From assembly GCF_009914755.1 (NCBI RefSeq), contig NC_060931.1: a stretch of 64,000 bases of DNA; one strand, given 5' to 3'. The DNA comes from the human T2T-CHM13v2.0 reference genome, Homo sapiens. Numbering within the stretch: the stretch's first letter is position 1; every line of letters starts with the position of its first letter. The notes under the pieces were generated by a model, which made no database searches, had not been told where the DNA came from, and saw only the letters and a program-made list of their open reading frames with translations. This document shows, in pieces, positions 20,722 to 36,970 of the stretch. A program made the translations under genes and the position numbers.

Positions 20722-21147
20722 TGATAAAAGAAAAACTTTAGCCGAATTAAATTTAAAGGAGTTTAATTGAACGATGAACAATTTGCAAGTCAGGTAGCCC
20801 CCAGAATCACAGCAGATTCACAGAGACTCCAGCGCAGCCACCTGGTGGAAGATTTATAAACAAAAAAGGGGAAATGATGTACAGAAATTGGAATTAGGTA
20901 TAGAACAGCTGGATTGGTTACAGATTGATGTTTTCCTTGGTTGAACACAGTTTGAACACTCAGTAGTGTATGAATGGTTAAAGTACGGCTGCTGTGATTG
21001 GCCAAGTCTCAGCTATTGTTACAGGCACATACTCCTAGTTAGGTTTTCAATCTTGTCTACCTATTAAGCTAGGTTGCAGTTCTTCCACAAGAACTCAAAT
21101 ACAGAAGTACAGAGTCCTTCTCAGGACATATTTAGATCACTTTAACA
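20722..21147 (-). repeat. 5' LTR (MER57-type)
   Basis: 426 bp; followed on the minus strand by the tRNA primer-binding site. Confidence 0.88.
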
Positions 21148-21155
21148 GCACATAT

Positions 21156-21860
21156 TGGCAGTCCTCACTGTGCAGAACTGTGTAGTGTAAGACTGAAAAA
21201 CCCTGCAATTAGGCAATCCATAATTAATGGGAAAAATTATAGTTATTCATAACCTTTGAAGTTTTTTGTTGAAACATTAAAAATCATTTTACTGCCAGTT
21301 ATAACGGTATGGAAAACCACATAGGAAAGGCATATGAAAAAAAGTAAAACCAATATTCATTTAGTATACTATACATTTTTTTTAAGAGATGAGGTCTCAC
21401 TATGTTGCCCAGGTTGGTTTCAAACTCCTGGCCTCAAGCAATTCTCCTACCTCAGCCTCCTAAGTAGATGGGAGTACAAGTGCATGCCACTGTGCCTGGC
21501 TTTAGTGTATATACTTTAAAATATCAAAAATATTGAGGACTAAAGTGTTTTGCTTCTTTGTAAAAAAAAAAATTTCATTTTTCTCTGACGGTGGAGGAGA
21601 AATTAATGTGGATCCAACCTAGGTTGAGCCCTCTAACAAGCAACCCTAGGACACTTGGAGATTCACATTTTCATGTCTAACCTTAACAAATATTTTCGTC
21701 ATTGCTTTTGCAAAGTCATATCTCATTTTTATTATTTCCAACTTATTATATGAAGTGGACACCTTTTCTATGCCTTGGCAAACTGTCATAACTCTAAGTT
21801 TGGATCAGCTTCTAATATTTTAACTTTTGCATTTTCAACATCATGAAACATCTCTGACAA
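21156..21860 (-). mobile_element. Tigger/TcMar DNA transposon remnant interrupted by Alus
   Basis: Minus strand encodes a degraded pogo-type transposase C-terminus ([30 protein letters not shown]); cagtcctcact terminus. Confidence 0.45.
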
Positions 21861-21870
21861 TTCCTTTTCT

Positions 21871-22193
<323 letters not shown>

Positions 22194-22235
22194 TAGGTTT
22201 GAAGTAGCTATGATGTCTCTTGAAATTCTCTACAG

Positions 22236-22247
22236 GTTTTTTGTTTG

Positions 22248-22279
<32 letters not shown>

Positions 22280-22564
22280 GAGACGAAGTCTTGCTCTTGT
22301 GTCGCCCAGGCTGAAGCACAGTGGCGCAATCTTGGCACATTGCAACCTCCACCTCCTTCATTCAAGTGATTCTCCTGCCTCAGCCTCCTGAGTAGCTGGG
22401 ATTACAGGCGCCCGCCACCATGCCCAACTAATTTTTGTACTTTTAGTAGAGACAGGGTTTCACCATGTTGGCCAGGCTGCTCTCGAACTTCTGACCTCAG
22501 GTGATCCACCTGCCTCGGCCTCCCAAAGTGCTGGAATTACAGGCATGAGCCACCGCACCCAGCC
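22236..22564 (-). mobile_element. AluS with (GTTTT)n tail
   Basis: Alu consensus; TSD aattctct(a/g)cag. Confidence 0.9.
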
Positions 22565-23225
22565 AGAATTCTCTGCAGTTTTTAAGTGATTCCCTACGGG
22601 CTTCTAGCTGGACACTGGACACAGCCTGATTTTATATAAGGTCTTTGTCGTAATATTGACAATAGGGTTTACCACGCTAAATCAGTGGTTTTCAAAAACT
22701 TTAGCATATTTTAGCAATAGTTGTCAAGCTTTTCTCAAGCAAAATCATACTGAAACCAAAACTATTCTGGAGTATAGGAGTAGGCATACACAACCCAGAA
22801 TCCTGTCCCCTAGGCCTCTCCCTCAGCTCCTGAGGTTGTCCCCAAACAGCTCCAAAAACACAGTAATTTGCAGATATCTGCACTCCATAGGTCAAAAGTC
22901 TGTGGTTAATAAAGTACTATAAAAACACCTACACACCATGATGCAGATCAAGTAGGATGGGATACATGGGTTCTGCCCAGTGTACTGGCACCTCAGAATC
23001 ATCTCATCCCTCTAATTCTGTTTCTCTGTTGCAGACCACTGATTAGGATCCAGTGTTACTCTCCACCCATCCTTCTAAACAGATGCCTCAAATTGTTTTT
23101 GCCTCTCAGCCCCCACCTTGAACATGGCTTTGATTCCACTTTTCAACATCCAACTTCAGTAGCAACTCCAAGTCCTGCCTGGACCTACCAGACAACAGCC
23201 CTGTAATCAAGAGATATCATGCACG

Positions 23226-23554
<329 letters not shown>

Positions 23555-24199
23555 CTAATTTGTGTTAGTATTTCTCTCTTCATGTGCCTTTTGCTCTGTT
23601 AGCCTCTCTTAAACATTTATCTTTGTTCTAAAGTCTTCATGTCCTAAATTACTTCCTTGCCCTCTTTACAGGATCAAAACTAGCTGCTGGTACCAGTTTT
23701 CAGTAACAATGAGATCTGTCTTTTAAGTTGGATGTCAATAATATTTTGGTCATGTCATTACGAGCATGATTCCCTGTAACCTAATCTGAGAAGGCAGACA
23801 GCAGAGAGAATGGGCGGTGGAATGGAACACAGAAGGAAGCAGATTAGAAAGGAAAGAAAACATCCTCTTGTAAAGCTTTCCATAATTCTATTTTCATCTT
23901 TATAAAGATGCACGAGAGGAGAAGGAGGAGAAAGAGGAAAGGGGGAAAACTTAATGGAAAGATTTTATAAGAGAAGGAACAAATGCCTTTGTAAATACTT
24001 TCTGGAAATTTGGGAAGGTTACTATGAATGTGGCTTTGCATGCGTCTGTGTATGTGTGTGGCTATTCCTTCACTTTTCTCGGTGCCCCCAACAACAAAAA
24101 CAGTCTGACCTCACACCTCCCATAAATATAAAATCTACTTGGAAAATTCCATCGAAGTTTAAAATATATATTTGCGTATTCTTGATTACTAATAATTAC

Positions 24200-24290
24200 C
24201 AGCTGATCATCCAATTCAAAAAGTTGTTCCAGGTAAGTTTCAGACAATCTTCGAATGTTTGGTTTCATTGATGGAGTAATGCACATATCC
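24200..24290 (-). CDS. FBXL13: FBXL13 exon 3, (W)DMCITPSMKPNIRRLSETYLEQLFELDDQL, 91 nt
   Basis: Acceptor ttattaAAG, donor CTG|GTAATT; its first base completes the TG|G Trp codon; 75+104+91=270 nt = 90 codons; overlaps ORF-track 24062..24286. Confidence 0.8.
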
Positions 24291-24755
24291 CTTTAATAAC
24301 ATCATAAAATACAGTCAAAATTAATTTCATTAATTAGTTAGTTCCGTAATTAAATCAGTGATTCTTGTAGGTGGAATGAAAGGGAGGAGAAGGAAAACAC
24401 ATTTCCCCTTAGGAGAAGCAGATCAGAATCACCTGGAGGACTTTTTCAAACTACTCTCGCAAGATTTTGCTGTGTCCCCCAAAGGAGGATATGCCTCCCT
24501 TTCCTCTTTCCCAACTTGAAATAAACCGGCCCTATGAACACGTTACTGATAAGAATACACCGTATTTCTCAGGTTGAGATCTAGTGGGCAAATTATTCAG
24601 GTTTGCGTCTTTGAAACTGAAAAGCCTGTGGAGGGATTCCTTAACAATCTTGAGATTGGAAGCATTCATTGGCAAGACCTTATTTTGTTACTATGCAATA
24701 AAAGTTTTCCTTCAAAATAAAATATTTCCCTATCAAAAATCAAAACAATACTTAC

Positions 24756-24859
24756 CAAAGAAGATTCTGAAGACCACTTTTGATTATAACCATGATCATT
24801 CCCTCTAAATACCTCAGCGGATCCTCAGGACATGTAACAAGTATACCACATAACAGTGC
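24756..24859 (-). CDS. FBXL13: FBXL13 exon 2, ALLCGILVTCPEDPLRYLEGMIMVIIKSGLQNLL(W), 104 nt
   Basis: Acceptor ttttttccccTAG, consensus donor TG|GTAAGT; open frame continuing exon 1; PEDP motif. Confidence 0.88.
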
Positions 24860-24944
24860 CTAGGGGAAAAAAGGGAAATGGCATCAATGTTTCTGAATTT
24901 TCACGTTTTTACTAAGCAGCACGTAACTTTTTATTGTTCAATTT

Positions 24945-26222
<1,278 letters not shown>

Positions 26223-28089
26223 AGCAGCAGCAAACTTTTTCTTATACAGTTAAAAAGTCAAATAATGTGACAGTTTTAAAGTAAATGTGTTTTTACATAC
26301 CCCTCTGTATTTATTCAGTGTTAATATTCTGCTAAAGTAAAACAAAAATGCAGTTTATCTTGCCTCTTTCTAAAAATCCATCATAAACAATACAATAAAG
26401 TCACTGTACCGTGAGGGTTTGCATTACTTGAGGAGTAAGTTCTTTATAGCCAATCTGAAGACATAACTATGATGCTTTACATCAGGGTTTTCTAGCCTTT
26501 TAAAGTATGAGAAACTCATTGGGGTTGGGGGGGGTTGTTTTGTTCTGTTGTTTTGTTTTGTTTTGTTTTTGTTTTGCCAAAAAGTTCCTTAGACCCAACC
26601 ATAAAAGAGATTGAGAAAATCCACCATTAAAATGTGTGAATTTAAGAACTCTTAAAAACACATTTGTATTTTATCATTCACAACATCTACCGAGTATATA
26701 CATTTGAAAAATTGTAGCTTAGTACACATAGGTGGGAAACAATGGACTTGCTGGATCTAAGATACTGTTTAAAGCACATATGTGGAACTCGTAAAGTTGC
26801 TGCTGTCTCATTTTCCTTATGAGGTCCCCCCAAAAGAAGAAACTTCTTGTTAAAAGTGTCTGCAAGATATACAGAATTACTGATGTTTTCTCCATTTGAG
26901 ACAGATGAAAAGGTCTGCAGCACACTTCCCACAGAAACCACCTGGAATTCTCCATCGGCATTTCTCTTTCCCTTTGTGGTTCACTGTTTTCTGGTGGGGT
27001 CTAGTGTGCATGTTGGGGGTGGTCGGGATGCTTCAGACCCACTCCTGCTGGCTTCTTCTCTTGATCCTCTATTTCCAGAATAAAATAATTCCATCACTTG
27101 AGTTACACAGAGCAGTTCTCCCTACCTCCATAGGCCAAGTGTCAGCAGATCTAGGCCTGGGGTCTTTTCTTAGACTCTCAGCAATTCTCATACTGTTCCT
27201 CCAAAACTAAAAAGGGTAATTTCTCCTAATTGGACCCTGCATAATAACAATCTCCCCCTTTGCAATGGCTCCATGCTCCTCTTCTTAGTGTACAGCCTTC
27301 AAGCAGGAAGCTCAGTCCTTTAGAGAATGGCAGAAAGGTAAGATTTAGATCCCTCTCCCTCTCCAGCTCTGCCTTCAGACCAAGCCCATAGTAACTGCTT
27401 ACAAGTGCTCAGCCACCTGCAGACTGACTTCCTTTTCCCCCAAACCAAGAGACTATAGTTGCACAGGAGATTAGTGGTCTCACCACAGTTGCAACCTGAA
27501 TTTGGACAGTCATCTATTACCTAAAGAGCCAGCAAGAGTGGGTCCTACAGGGACCTAACAAAAAGGGCTGAAGCCATCTATTATCTGGAGGCCAATCAGA
27601 CTTCCCACAGCTCCCTCAATATCCTTGGTGAAAAGCCCATCTGCTCTCTAGCACTTCTGTGCCTGGGTCTCCAGAGTACTGAGTTTTTGTATTCCTCACT
27701 CTACATCCTTTTCTCCATCTTATTCTGGCACCCTGAGGACATCTATATCAGAATCACCTGGAGAATGAATTTGTCTCTGAGAATAGGGCCTAGAAACCTG
27801 CATTTTACTAAGCTCCCCAGGTGATTCCTATGCATACTGATGTCTGAGAATGAGTGCCTAAATGAAGTTCAGCTTTATGGTACATTTTTAAGAAAGTTGA
27901 GATCTGGTTAATGTATGTGAGAAATTGATTATATATATATTTCCAAGCTCCACTTATAATAAACTACTTTTCCTGAAAAGCTATCCTGCAGAAGTCAGGT
28001 TGAGAGGATAAGTCTCTGAAATGCTAATAAAGGCATATGGAACTAGCAGAGTTGAAATGCACACTTTTCACATAGGAAATCTCACTGTT

Positions 28090-28405
28090 GGCCAGGTGTG
28101 GTGGTTCATGCCTATAATCCCACCACTTTATGAGACCAAGGTGGGAGGTTTGCTTGAAGACAGGAGTTCAGGACTACCCGGGGCAATACAGTGAGACCCC
28201 ATCTCTAAAAAATACAAAAATTGTTTTAAAAATTAGCTGAGCATGGTGGCGTGTGCCTGTAGCCCTAGCTACTTGCTAGGTGGGAGGTGGGAGGTGGGAG
28301 GATTGCTTAAGCCCAGGAGTTCAAGGCTGCAGTGAGTTATTATCACAACACTCTACTGCAGCCTGGGTGGCAGAGAAAGACCTTGTCTCAAAAAATAATA
28401 ATAAA
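28090..28405 (+). mobile_element. AluJ-like with TSD aaatctcactgtt
   Basis: Alu consensus; flanking direct repeat. Confidence 0.88.
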
Positions 28406-29127
28406 GAAAGAAATCTCACTGTTTGTCTTTTTCCCTTGGACAAAATAGCACAGCATGATATTTTTTGTATTAATGAGTGAACAGCGCATAGCTACATGCC
28501 AATAAGACAGCAGTTAATGAATCAATAGCTTTTTCCCTGCCCAATGAAAATAAAAATCACAAAACCATTAACTTAGTCTTTATTGTAAGCAGAAGCAAAA
28601 TAAACATTCCCATAAGATTAACGTTTGACTCTCAAAAACATTAATCAGGGCCTTATTATTAATAATATTCTCAGTAAAAACTTACACAATCAAGGACAAA
28701 AAAGTCCATGAGTTAATTATTGGATTAGCTCTCTCAAGCTTGTAAATTCACAAAGCAATTACGTAATCCTCAGTTTCTTTTGGCTCTACTTCCCTACACT
28801 CAGTTCCCAATATTTCTCATCTATTCTGAAGGATGTTCTGGGTCCTGAGGACAAACATGGGTTTAACCAGGACTGTTGCTTCCACTCCTTTCTCCTGCTA
28901 CCTATCTTTCAAAGAGCAAGATAATGCAAAGGGTGGAGTCCACTTGGTTTAAATCTGGGATCTGCAATCTTCTACCATGCAACCATTGACAAATTACGTC
29001 TGTTTCCGTTTCCTTAAAAAAGGGGGATAATAAAGGTTCATACGCTATAGGGCTATCATGAAAATTAAAAACTGCTTTGAATAGTGTCTAGCACAAAATA
29101 GGCATTCAACAGATAATGATAGCAAGC

Positions 29128-29132
<5 letters not shown>

Positions 29133-29180
<48 letters not shown>
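29133..29180. repeat. (TA)n microsatellite, about 24 units
   Basis: Directly visible, next to an Alu T tract. Confidence 0.95.
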
Positions 29181-29181
<1 letters not shown>

Positions 29182-29470
29182 TTTTTTTTTTTTTTGAGAC
29201 AAGGTCTTGCTCTGTAACCCAGGCTGGAGTGCAGTAGCACAATCAACCCAGTGTAACCTCAAGCTCTTGAGCTCAGGCAATCCTCCCACCTCAGCCTCCC
29301 AAGGAGCTAGGACTACAGGCATGAGCCCCCAAACTCACTTAATTTTGTTGTTGAAATGGAGTCTCACTCTGTTGCCCAGGCTAGTCCTGAACTCCTGGCC
29401 TTAAGTGATCGTCCTTCCTCTCAGCCTCCCAAAGTGCTGGGATTACAGGCATGAGCCACTGTGCCTGGTC
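29182..29470 (-). mobile_element. AluJ-like
   Basis: Alu consensus. Confidence 0.85.
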
Positions 29471-30773
29471 CATCACTATTTTTAACCATTCCACTGTTAA
29501 TTATCACCTTAATTAGAGGAAAACACTTGGACATAGAGAAAATAAATTGAAAATATTCCCTTGTACCACTCAAAGTCCAGTGTGATGACTGAGAGAGAAA
29601 GACAGAGACTGACTCTGACTTAAACCACACCTAATAGAAGATGTTAGGACAAAAGCATTTAGGGGAAAATGGCTAGGAGAGAACTGAATAGACCAATAGT
29701 TCAAATATAAATAGCAAGATAGTAACTATTATAACCCTTGGTGGACACACAAAAACAAATGTAAGACACTTAAGAGAACAAGTCTTGCTTAGCTTTTTAG
29801 ATACTCAGATAAACATAGTGAAATACGCTGAGGGCTGAAATAGTAATATTATAATATAAAAAATAATTACTCCAAAAGTGCAGAGATAAAAGTGATTATC
29901 AAATACTTGGGGAACCCTCAGCAGGTGAAGAAACAGAAAAACATTGTTCAAAGTCCCTTCCATTTCCCTATCCCCTACCCCAACCTCTGAAACATATCTA
30001 AAGCAGTATCTCACAAATGATTGCCATCCCCCTGTGGGACGGAGATGGAGGTAGCACGCTGTTGTTTTGGGAGATATCTTAATTTGTATTTATGGAAGTT
30101 AGTAAGTCACAATTTTGAAAATAAAGGGGCTTTTATGTCTTTTTAACATTGAAATAGATGGTGTCAAAATTTTATTTTAGAAACTCTATAAATGAATATT
30201 CCGGAAGATTACTGAAAGAGGCCAACTAGCTTCAACATTCAGATGAGACCCCAGGAAGAGGAAGATGCCCCTCAGGACCAGACTTGAAGGGTTTTTTTTT
30301 TTTGTTTTTTTCTTTTTTGTTTTTTGTTAGACTTGAAGGTTTTTAAAGCAGACTGGACAGGACAGGTGAGGAGCAGCAGGCTCTATGAGGTAAGAGTGAG
30401 ACAAAGGACTCTGATACCTGCCGGACTGGGCCTGTCCCAGAGGGGAAGCAGTCCCAGCCGTCTCATCCCCTCTAAGAAAATTGTTATTGGAAAACTAATA
30501 AATCATGTGCTTTTCTTTGTTTAGTGTCCTGTGGATTTACCTCAGGAACTACACGTGTAAACTGCCTGGCTGGGCTGAGGGAATTCAGCAAAGGTAACTG
30601 TCCTCTGGAGAAGCCACAGCCTTCCTGCCCAAGGTCCAGCAAAATGAGTTAGTGTATCCAGCTCCTCCTCTCCTAAATGGGCAGGGCAGTCCCTTGCTCA
30701 AGAATCAGCAATTTCTGATTCTTGCATCTCTGACAAATACGTGCAGCAATTAGTCTCTTAAAAAAAAATACCT

Positions 30774-31086
<313 letters not shown>

Positions 31087-32292
31087 TTAATCTTGAAAGA
31101 AACATAAAACATAAAAACTTCTCAGAAAAATCATAATTACCAAAAAAAAAAAAAAAAAAACAAACCTTTGCTTTAAAACCATAATTTGTAGATTAAGTAC
31201 TCCCTCTGCTGAGCAGATCTGGTTTTGCAAACTCTTTTCATCTTCCCTAAATGCTAAACTGAAATTGGAGCTCACCATTTGAAGAGTACTTTCTTCCTCT
31301 CAGATACAATCACTAGGTGTATCTGCTTAATGTTTTTGTAGACCATAATATCTAGCTCATCTTTGGTCCCTGTGGGGCAGTCCTTGTTTGTCTGTAAACA
31401 ATGTACTGACTTCTACCTAGTAGAAAATTGAGGGAGAAACTAGGGTTTCTATGTTATTTCTGGATGACCCACTGTCTGAAGGTCTACCAATAAGGCTTTA
31501 TTATATGAGTTCCTATCTTAATAATCTCTTTCAAAACACAAATGCCTTTGGGAAGGAGTATATCCAAAAATAGAGGGCACATTAAGCTAATTCCCACAGT
31601 GGTGGAAAGAGTATCTCAGAGTTCTGAGAGACAGAAATGAAGAATACAAGGAGAGTGAGGGATCGCAAGGCAATACTTAGTTTTCCTACAATTTCTACCT
31701 ATCTTCAGGTGACTTAAAAAAAAAAAAACCTCTGAATTTCTAAAATATATTTTTCCTGAATCTTAATGATGAAATGTAAATATCTTCATCTCTATTTCTC
31801 CAAGATAGATTTCTATGAAAATATAGAATCAAAAGGTATATATTACAGATCTTCATACATATCTCAAAACTGTTTTCCCAAAAGGTATTATCAATGTATA
31901 ATCTCATCCCAAATGGATAAATGCTCAGAGAGCTCAGGAGACAAGCTCAGGCTAGGGACAGCCTCAGAGTTACAGCTCCAAGTGGTTGAAGCCATTGAGG
32001 TGTTTTCAACTAGCACGTGGTAGAGACCCAGCAAATATTTGCTGATAGAATGTCCTAGTGTATCCCCCTCAGCTGACCACTCTTGCTGTTCCCCAGGAGA
32101 AAAGACTGGCTGGTGTCAAGAGCCTCATCTGTTCAAAAAATTAAGTTACTTGTTTAACTTGAATTGAACATAGAATCCAGTAGTCTTTAAGTTGGACATG
32201 TGAATCTCCAAGAGCCCACAAAGACTTTTGAAGGATTACATGGGCAAGAATAGTATAACGGAGTCCACTTTCAGATCTTCACCTTTCCTATG

Positions 32293-32612
32293 CAGGTTGG
32301 CCTTCTATATCCATGGGTCCTGCATCCATAGATTCAATCAACCACAGATCAAAAATATTTGAAAAAAAGTTTTATCTGCACTAAACACATACAGAATGTT
32401 TCCTCTTGTCATTATTCCCTAAATGAAACAGTATACCATCTACTTACATAGCATTTACATTGTATTAGATATAAGTAATCTAAAGATGATTTAAAGTATA
32501 GAAGAGGATGTGTATAGGTTATATACAAATGCTATGCCACTTTTTATCAGCCAACATCAGTCTCCAAGGAAGGTCTTGGAACCAATCCCCCATGGATACT
32601 GAGGGATTACTG
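32293..32612. mobile_element. MER2 (Tigger-family) non-autonomous DNA transposon
   Basis: Inverted termini caggttggccttctatatccatggg ... cccatggatactgagggattactg; typical MER2 interior. Confidence 0.7.
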
Positions 32613-33715
32613 TATTCTTTACTTAAACTGATCTGCCTGAGGACACAGTTTGCTATTTTCTTTTTCTACTTTTCTCTTTCACAATGGCTCTTCCTCCCAC
32701 TCTAGAAAATAAAGCCCTCTATCACATCCATCTGGAATCTTACTATAAAGAAAACTGAAGCAGAGAGATTTGGAAATTTTCTCAGTCACCCAGTTAACAA
32801 TTGGTGAAGCCTAGAATCAAACTTAGGCTTTTTTTTTTTTTTTTTTTTTCTGTAGAGACAGTCTCTCACTATGTTGCCCAGGCTAGTTTCAAACTCCTGG
32901 CCTCAAGGAATCCTCCTGCCTCACACTGCCAAAGTGCTGGAATTACAGTCATGAGCCATCATGTGGGGCCTAGGAAGGTCTTACAAATAAGAAATAATCC
33001 CCTCATCTTGCTTCAGATGCTTTAGGTTTCAAGTAACAAACTCAACTTAATACGTACTCTATTAGCTCCTACAAGAAATTCAAAGGTAGATGAAGCTTCA
33101 GTGTGGGTTTAACCCAGTGGCTTACTGATGTCACTAGGGCCTGGTTTCTTTCCATTTCCCCAACTGGCCTTTTGTGGAATCCACTTCATGCTAAAATTCT
33201 CTCTCCTTGTGGCCACACAGGTAATTGCCAATGTTCCCAGGACTAAGTGCTTCCCCATCAACATCCAGAGAGGGTATATCCAACCAGCATCCTGATCTAA
33301 ATCAGCTTGGATTACATATTGCCCTCCCCCATGACCCTATACCTTCTGCCTCCCTGTCGTTACAAACATTATGGCCAGGGAAACTGAATGCACCGGTTGT
33401 TGCAAGCCAGTTGGGGTCCAACCCCAGAGATGGGGATAGACAGTTTTCTTGAAGCAAATGGGCTAGGTGAGGGAAGAGACAGCGTATAGAATAAGAATGT
33501 AGGAAATATTAGGAAGAGGGAAGTAGATGCTACGTAGGCAACTTGTAAATGCCCAGTAGACATCTGCTCCTGGAGAACATGGGAAAGGAAGAAGAAAAGG
33601 GGGTAATTACAGTAATTGAGATCCACTTACTGAGTGATGCTGTTGTGATCTATATCTTTTTAGAGACTGCTTTGAGATCCAACTTGATCTGACTCCCCTT
33701 ATATGAACAAGCCAA

Positions 33716-34205
33716 GTATGGCAGATTATATTTTCCACAATGGCCATAACAGTATCTCCCATCCTCCATGTTCTTTTTGCAATGTGCCTTTGTTATACCT
33801 CCCATCATGAAATGGGTTCCATGTTCCCTCCCCTTGAATCTAAGTGAAAATAATGTTGACTTCCAAATCTAGATCATAAATAATGGTATAACTTCTACCT
33901 GGTTCTCTCTGGGGAGGTTTGGTCTTAGAAATCAGCTACCATACTGTGAGGAAGTCTAAGCAGCCCATGGGCAGGTCCAGATGAAGAGGAACCAAGCCTA
34001 CTGGTTCACAGACCTGGCTGAACTCCCAGCCAACAGCCAGCACCAACTTGCTAGGCATGCAAAAGAAGATATCATCTTAAAAGTGGATCTTCCACCCCCT
34101 GCAAAACCTTGCCAAAATTTCAAATTTTTAAGCAAACTAAGTGATTCCTGTTGTTGTAAGCCACCAAGTGCTTTAACTGGTTGCATGTCACATGGCAATA
34201 GATAA
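33716..34205. mobile_element. MaLR (MLT1-type) LTR
   Basis: MLT1-like motifs (cctcccccttgaatct, tgtgaggaagtctaagcagccc, ggcaatagataattgac). Confidence 0.5.
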
Positions 34206-35508
34206 TTGACACACCAAACAAACAGAAAATGACTACACAGCCAAATCAAATCTGTCATTCCATCCATCCCTAGCAACATACATTCTGAAAAAAAAAGCCT
34301 AGCCATAACTATCTTTCATTTTAGATTTTTAAATTTCAAACATTTAGAAACAGTAGTATAGGGAACACTTATGTACCTATCACCCAGTTTCAACAATAAT
34401 TATTCTGTGATTTTTGTATCATCTATATATCTACCCATTTCTACCTATTCTCAATTATAATTTAAGGTAAAATTTATATTATTTCAAATGCATAAATCTT
34501 ATTAGTATAATTTTGATAATGAAAATACCCACACCCCGGGTGTGGTTTCTTTCCAACTCTCCGGAAAGTTCTCATGTCCCTCTCCAGTTAATCCTCCTGT
34601 ATCACTCAGAGTCCAGTCAAGAGACAGAAATCACACCCGTGTTTTGAATAAAGAACAATTTATTCTATCTCATAAAGAGATTCTAATAAAGAATGCAATT
34701 CAAAGAATTACTAACTAGTAAAAAGAGAGTAACTACTAAGAGCAAAAGAGAACACTAAAGGACACCCTGTGGCTCAGACAGAGTACCCAAAGATGAAATA
34801 ACCTTGGAAGGAGGGCAGCCACCTCCCCAAGGCTGAGATTCAGAGAATGTGGAGTGTGGCTGAGGTATAGTGGGGAAGTCCATTAGGTTGCCCTGAGACA
34901 GAGATAGTTCTCAGCCATGATGGTCCAAGGCTTGGTGAACAGGACCCCACCAGCTCACACTAGTGAGCAGACGCCCCCTGCTGGGGTGCCAATGGGCTGA
35001 GGCTGGTGAGCAAAACTTGCTGAAGAGTGGGCACCACTGGGTGCACCACACACATGCTCCTGGAAGCTGTGTCATGTGAACAAGAAGTGAGGAAGCACAC
35101 AGGAACCAGGAACTGAAGTCCCTCTCCCTCCAGGGTCCCTCCAGCACTGACAAGGCTTAACAACATGCTAGCCCAAAGCAATGCCAAGGTCTAGATCATG
35201 ACACCAGTCCAGCTTCTAGGTGTCAAGGGCTACTTTTCTCCTCCTCAATATTTCTGCAGTATTATAATCAGCTGTCTAGTTTTATGGGGAAAAAAATTTT
35301 AGACTTTAACTAAAATTGCATTGAATTTATACATTTTCTGGGAAGACATTACATGTTGTTATTTTCCCATTCATAAACACAGCAGAGTACTTCATTTCTT
35401 TAGGTCACCTTAAACATCTTTCAATAAAATTTTACAAATTCCTCCAAACAGGTCTTTCACATCTTGTCCTAAGAAACCTTATATTTTTTGTGGCTATTAT
35501 GAATGTAA

Positions 35509-36162
<654 letters not shown>

Positions 36163-36465
36163 GAATTTTTTTTTTTTTGTCTACTCTTTCACTGTGGGTG
36201 TAATGGAATTGTCAGAAACTGAAAATACTAGGAAATGTAGGACTATGGATATTGAGAGCCCATTTGACAACTGAGGATTGAATTTAAAGTGACACAATTC
36301 AGTTTAATTGTGTGTTCTTCCTTTAAATAATGTTCAGTTGCTCAGGGGTAAGCACGGACTGCTGGATATTTGAGTTTTACCAGGGATGGGTGTTTGTCAC
36401 ATCAATAGGACAGAGGGAGAAACAGGTAAAGGAGATAATCGTATTTGAAAGTGATCATAATGATG

Positions 36466-36970
36466 GTGTGGTGGCATTTTAAAAGCATGTCTGCAAATGA
36501 TATTTCTTACATAAAGAGGTGGGGTTTAATTCCTCTCCTCTTGAATATGGATTAGTCTTAATAATCCACTTGTAATGAAGAGAATACAGTGAAAGTGATG
36601 TTGAGTAACTTCTGGGGCTAGGTTATAAAAGGAGATTTTACTTGGCTCTGTCTCTTGGACACCTGTTTTGGGACCCAGCCTCCACGCTGTGAGGAAGCTC
36701 AAGCTACATGGAGATGTTACACATAGATGTTCTACCTGTCAGTCTCAGGAGAGGTCCTCATCGACAGCCAGCATCAACTGCCAGGCATGTAGGTAAGGAA
36801 GCCTTCAAGATGATTTTAACCTCAGCCACTCTGACATGTAAGTGCATGAGGGATCTCAAGCAATAATATTCTGTCAACTCCCATAACTGTGAGAGGCAAT
36901 AATAAAATGAATACTGTTATTTTAAATCACTAAATGTTGTAAAGACATTTAGGTAATAGACATCCACAAT
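36466..36970. mobile_element. MaLR (MLT1-type) LTR
   Basis: Similar MLT1 motifs (ccttgaatatgg, tgtgaggaagctcaagc, acagccagcatcaactgcc). Confidence 0.5.

Noticed and set aside
26687-27210. Cluster of ORFs on both strands in unique sequence (possible extra FBXL13 exon)
   Set aside because: No recognisable homology, weak splice signals, and exon 1 already joins exon 2 in frame without it
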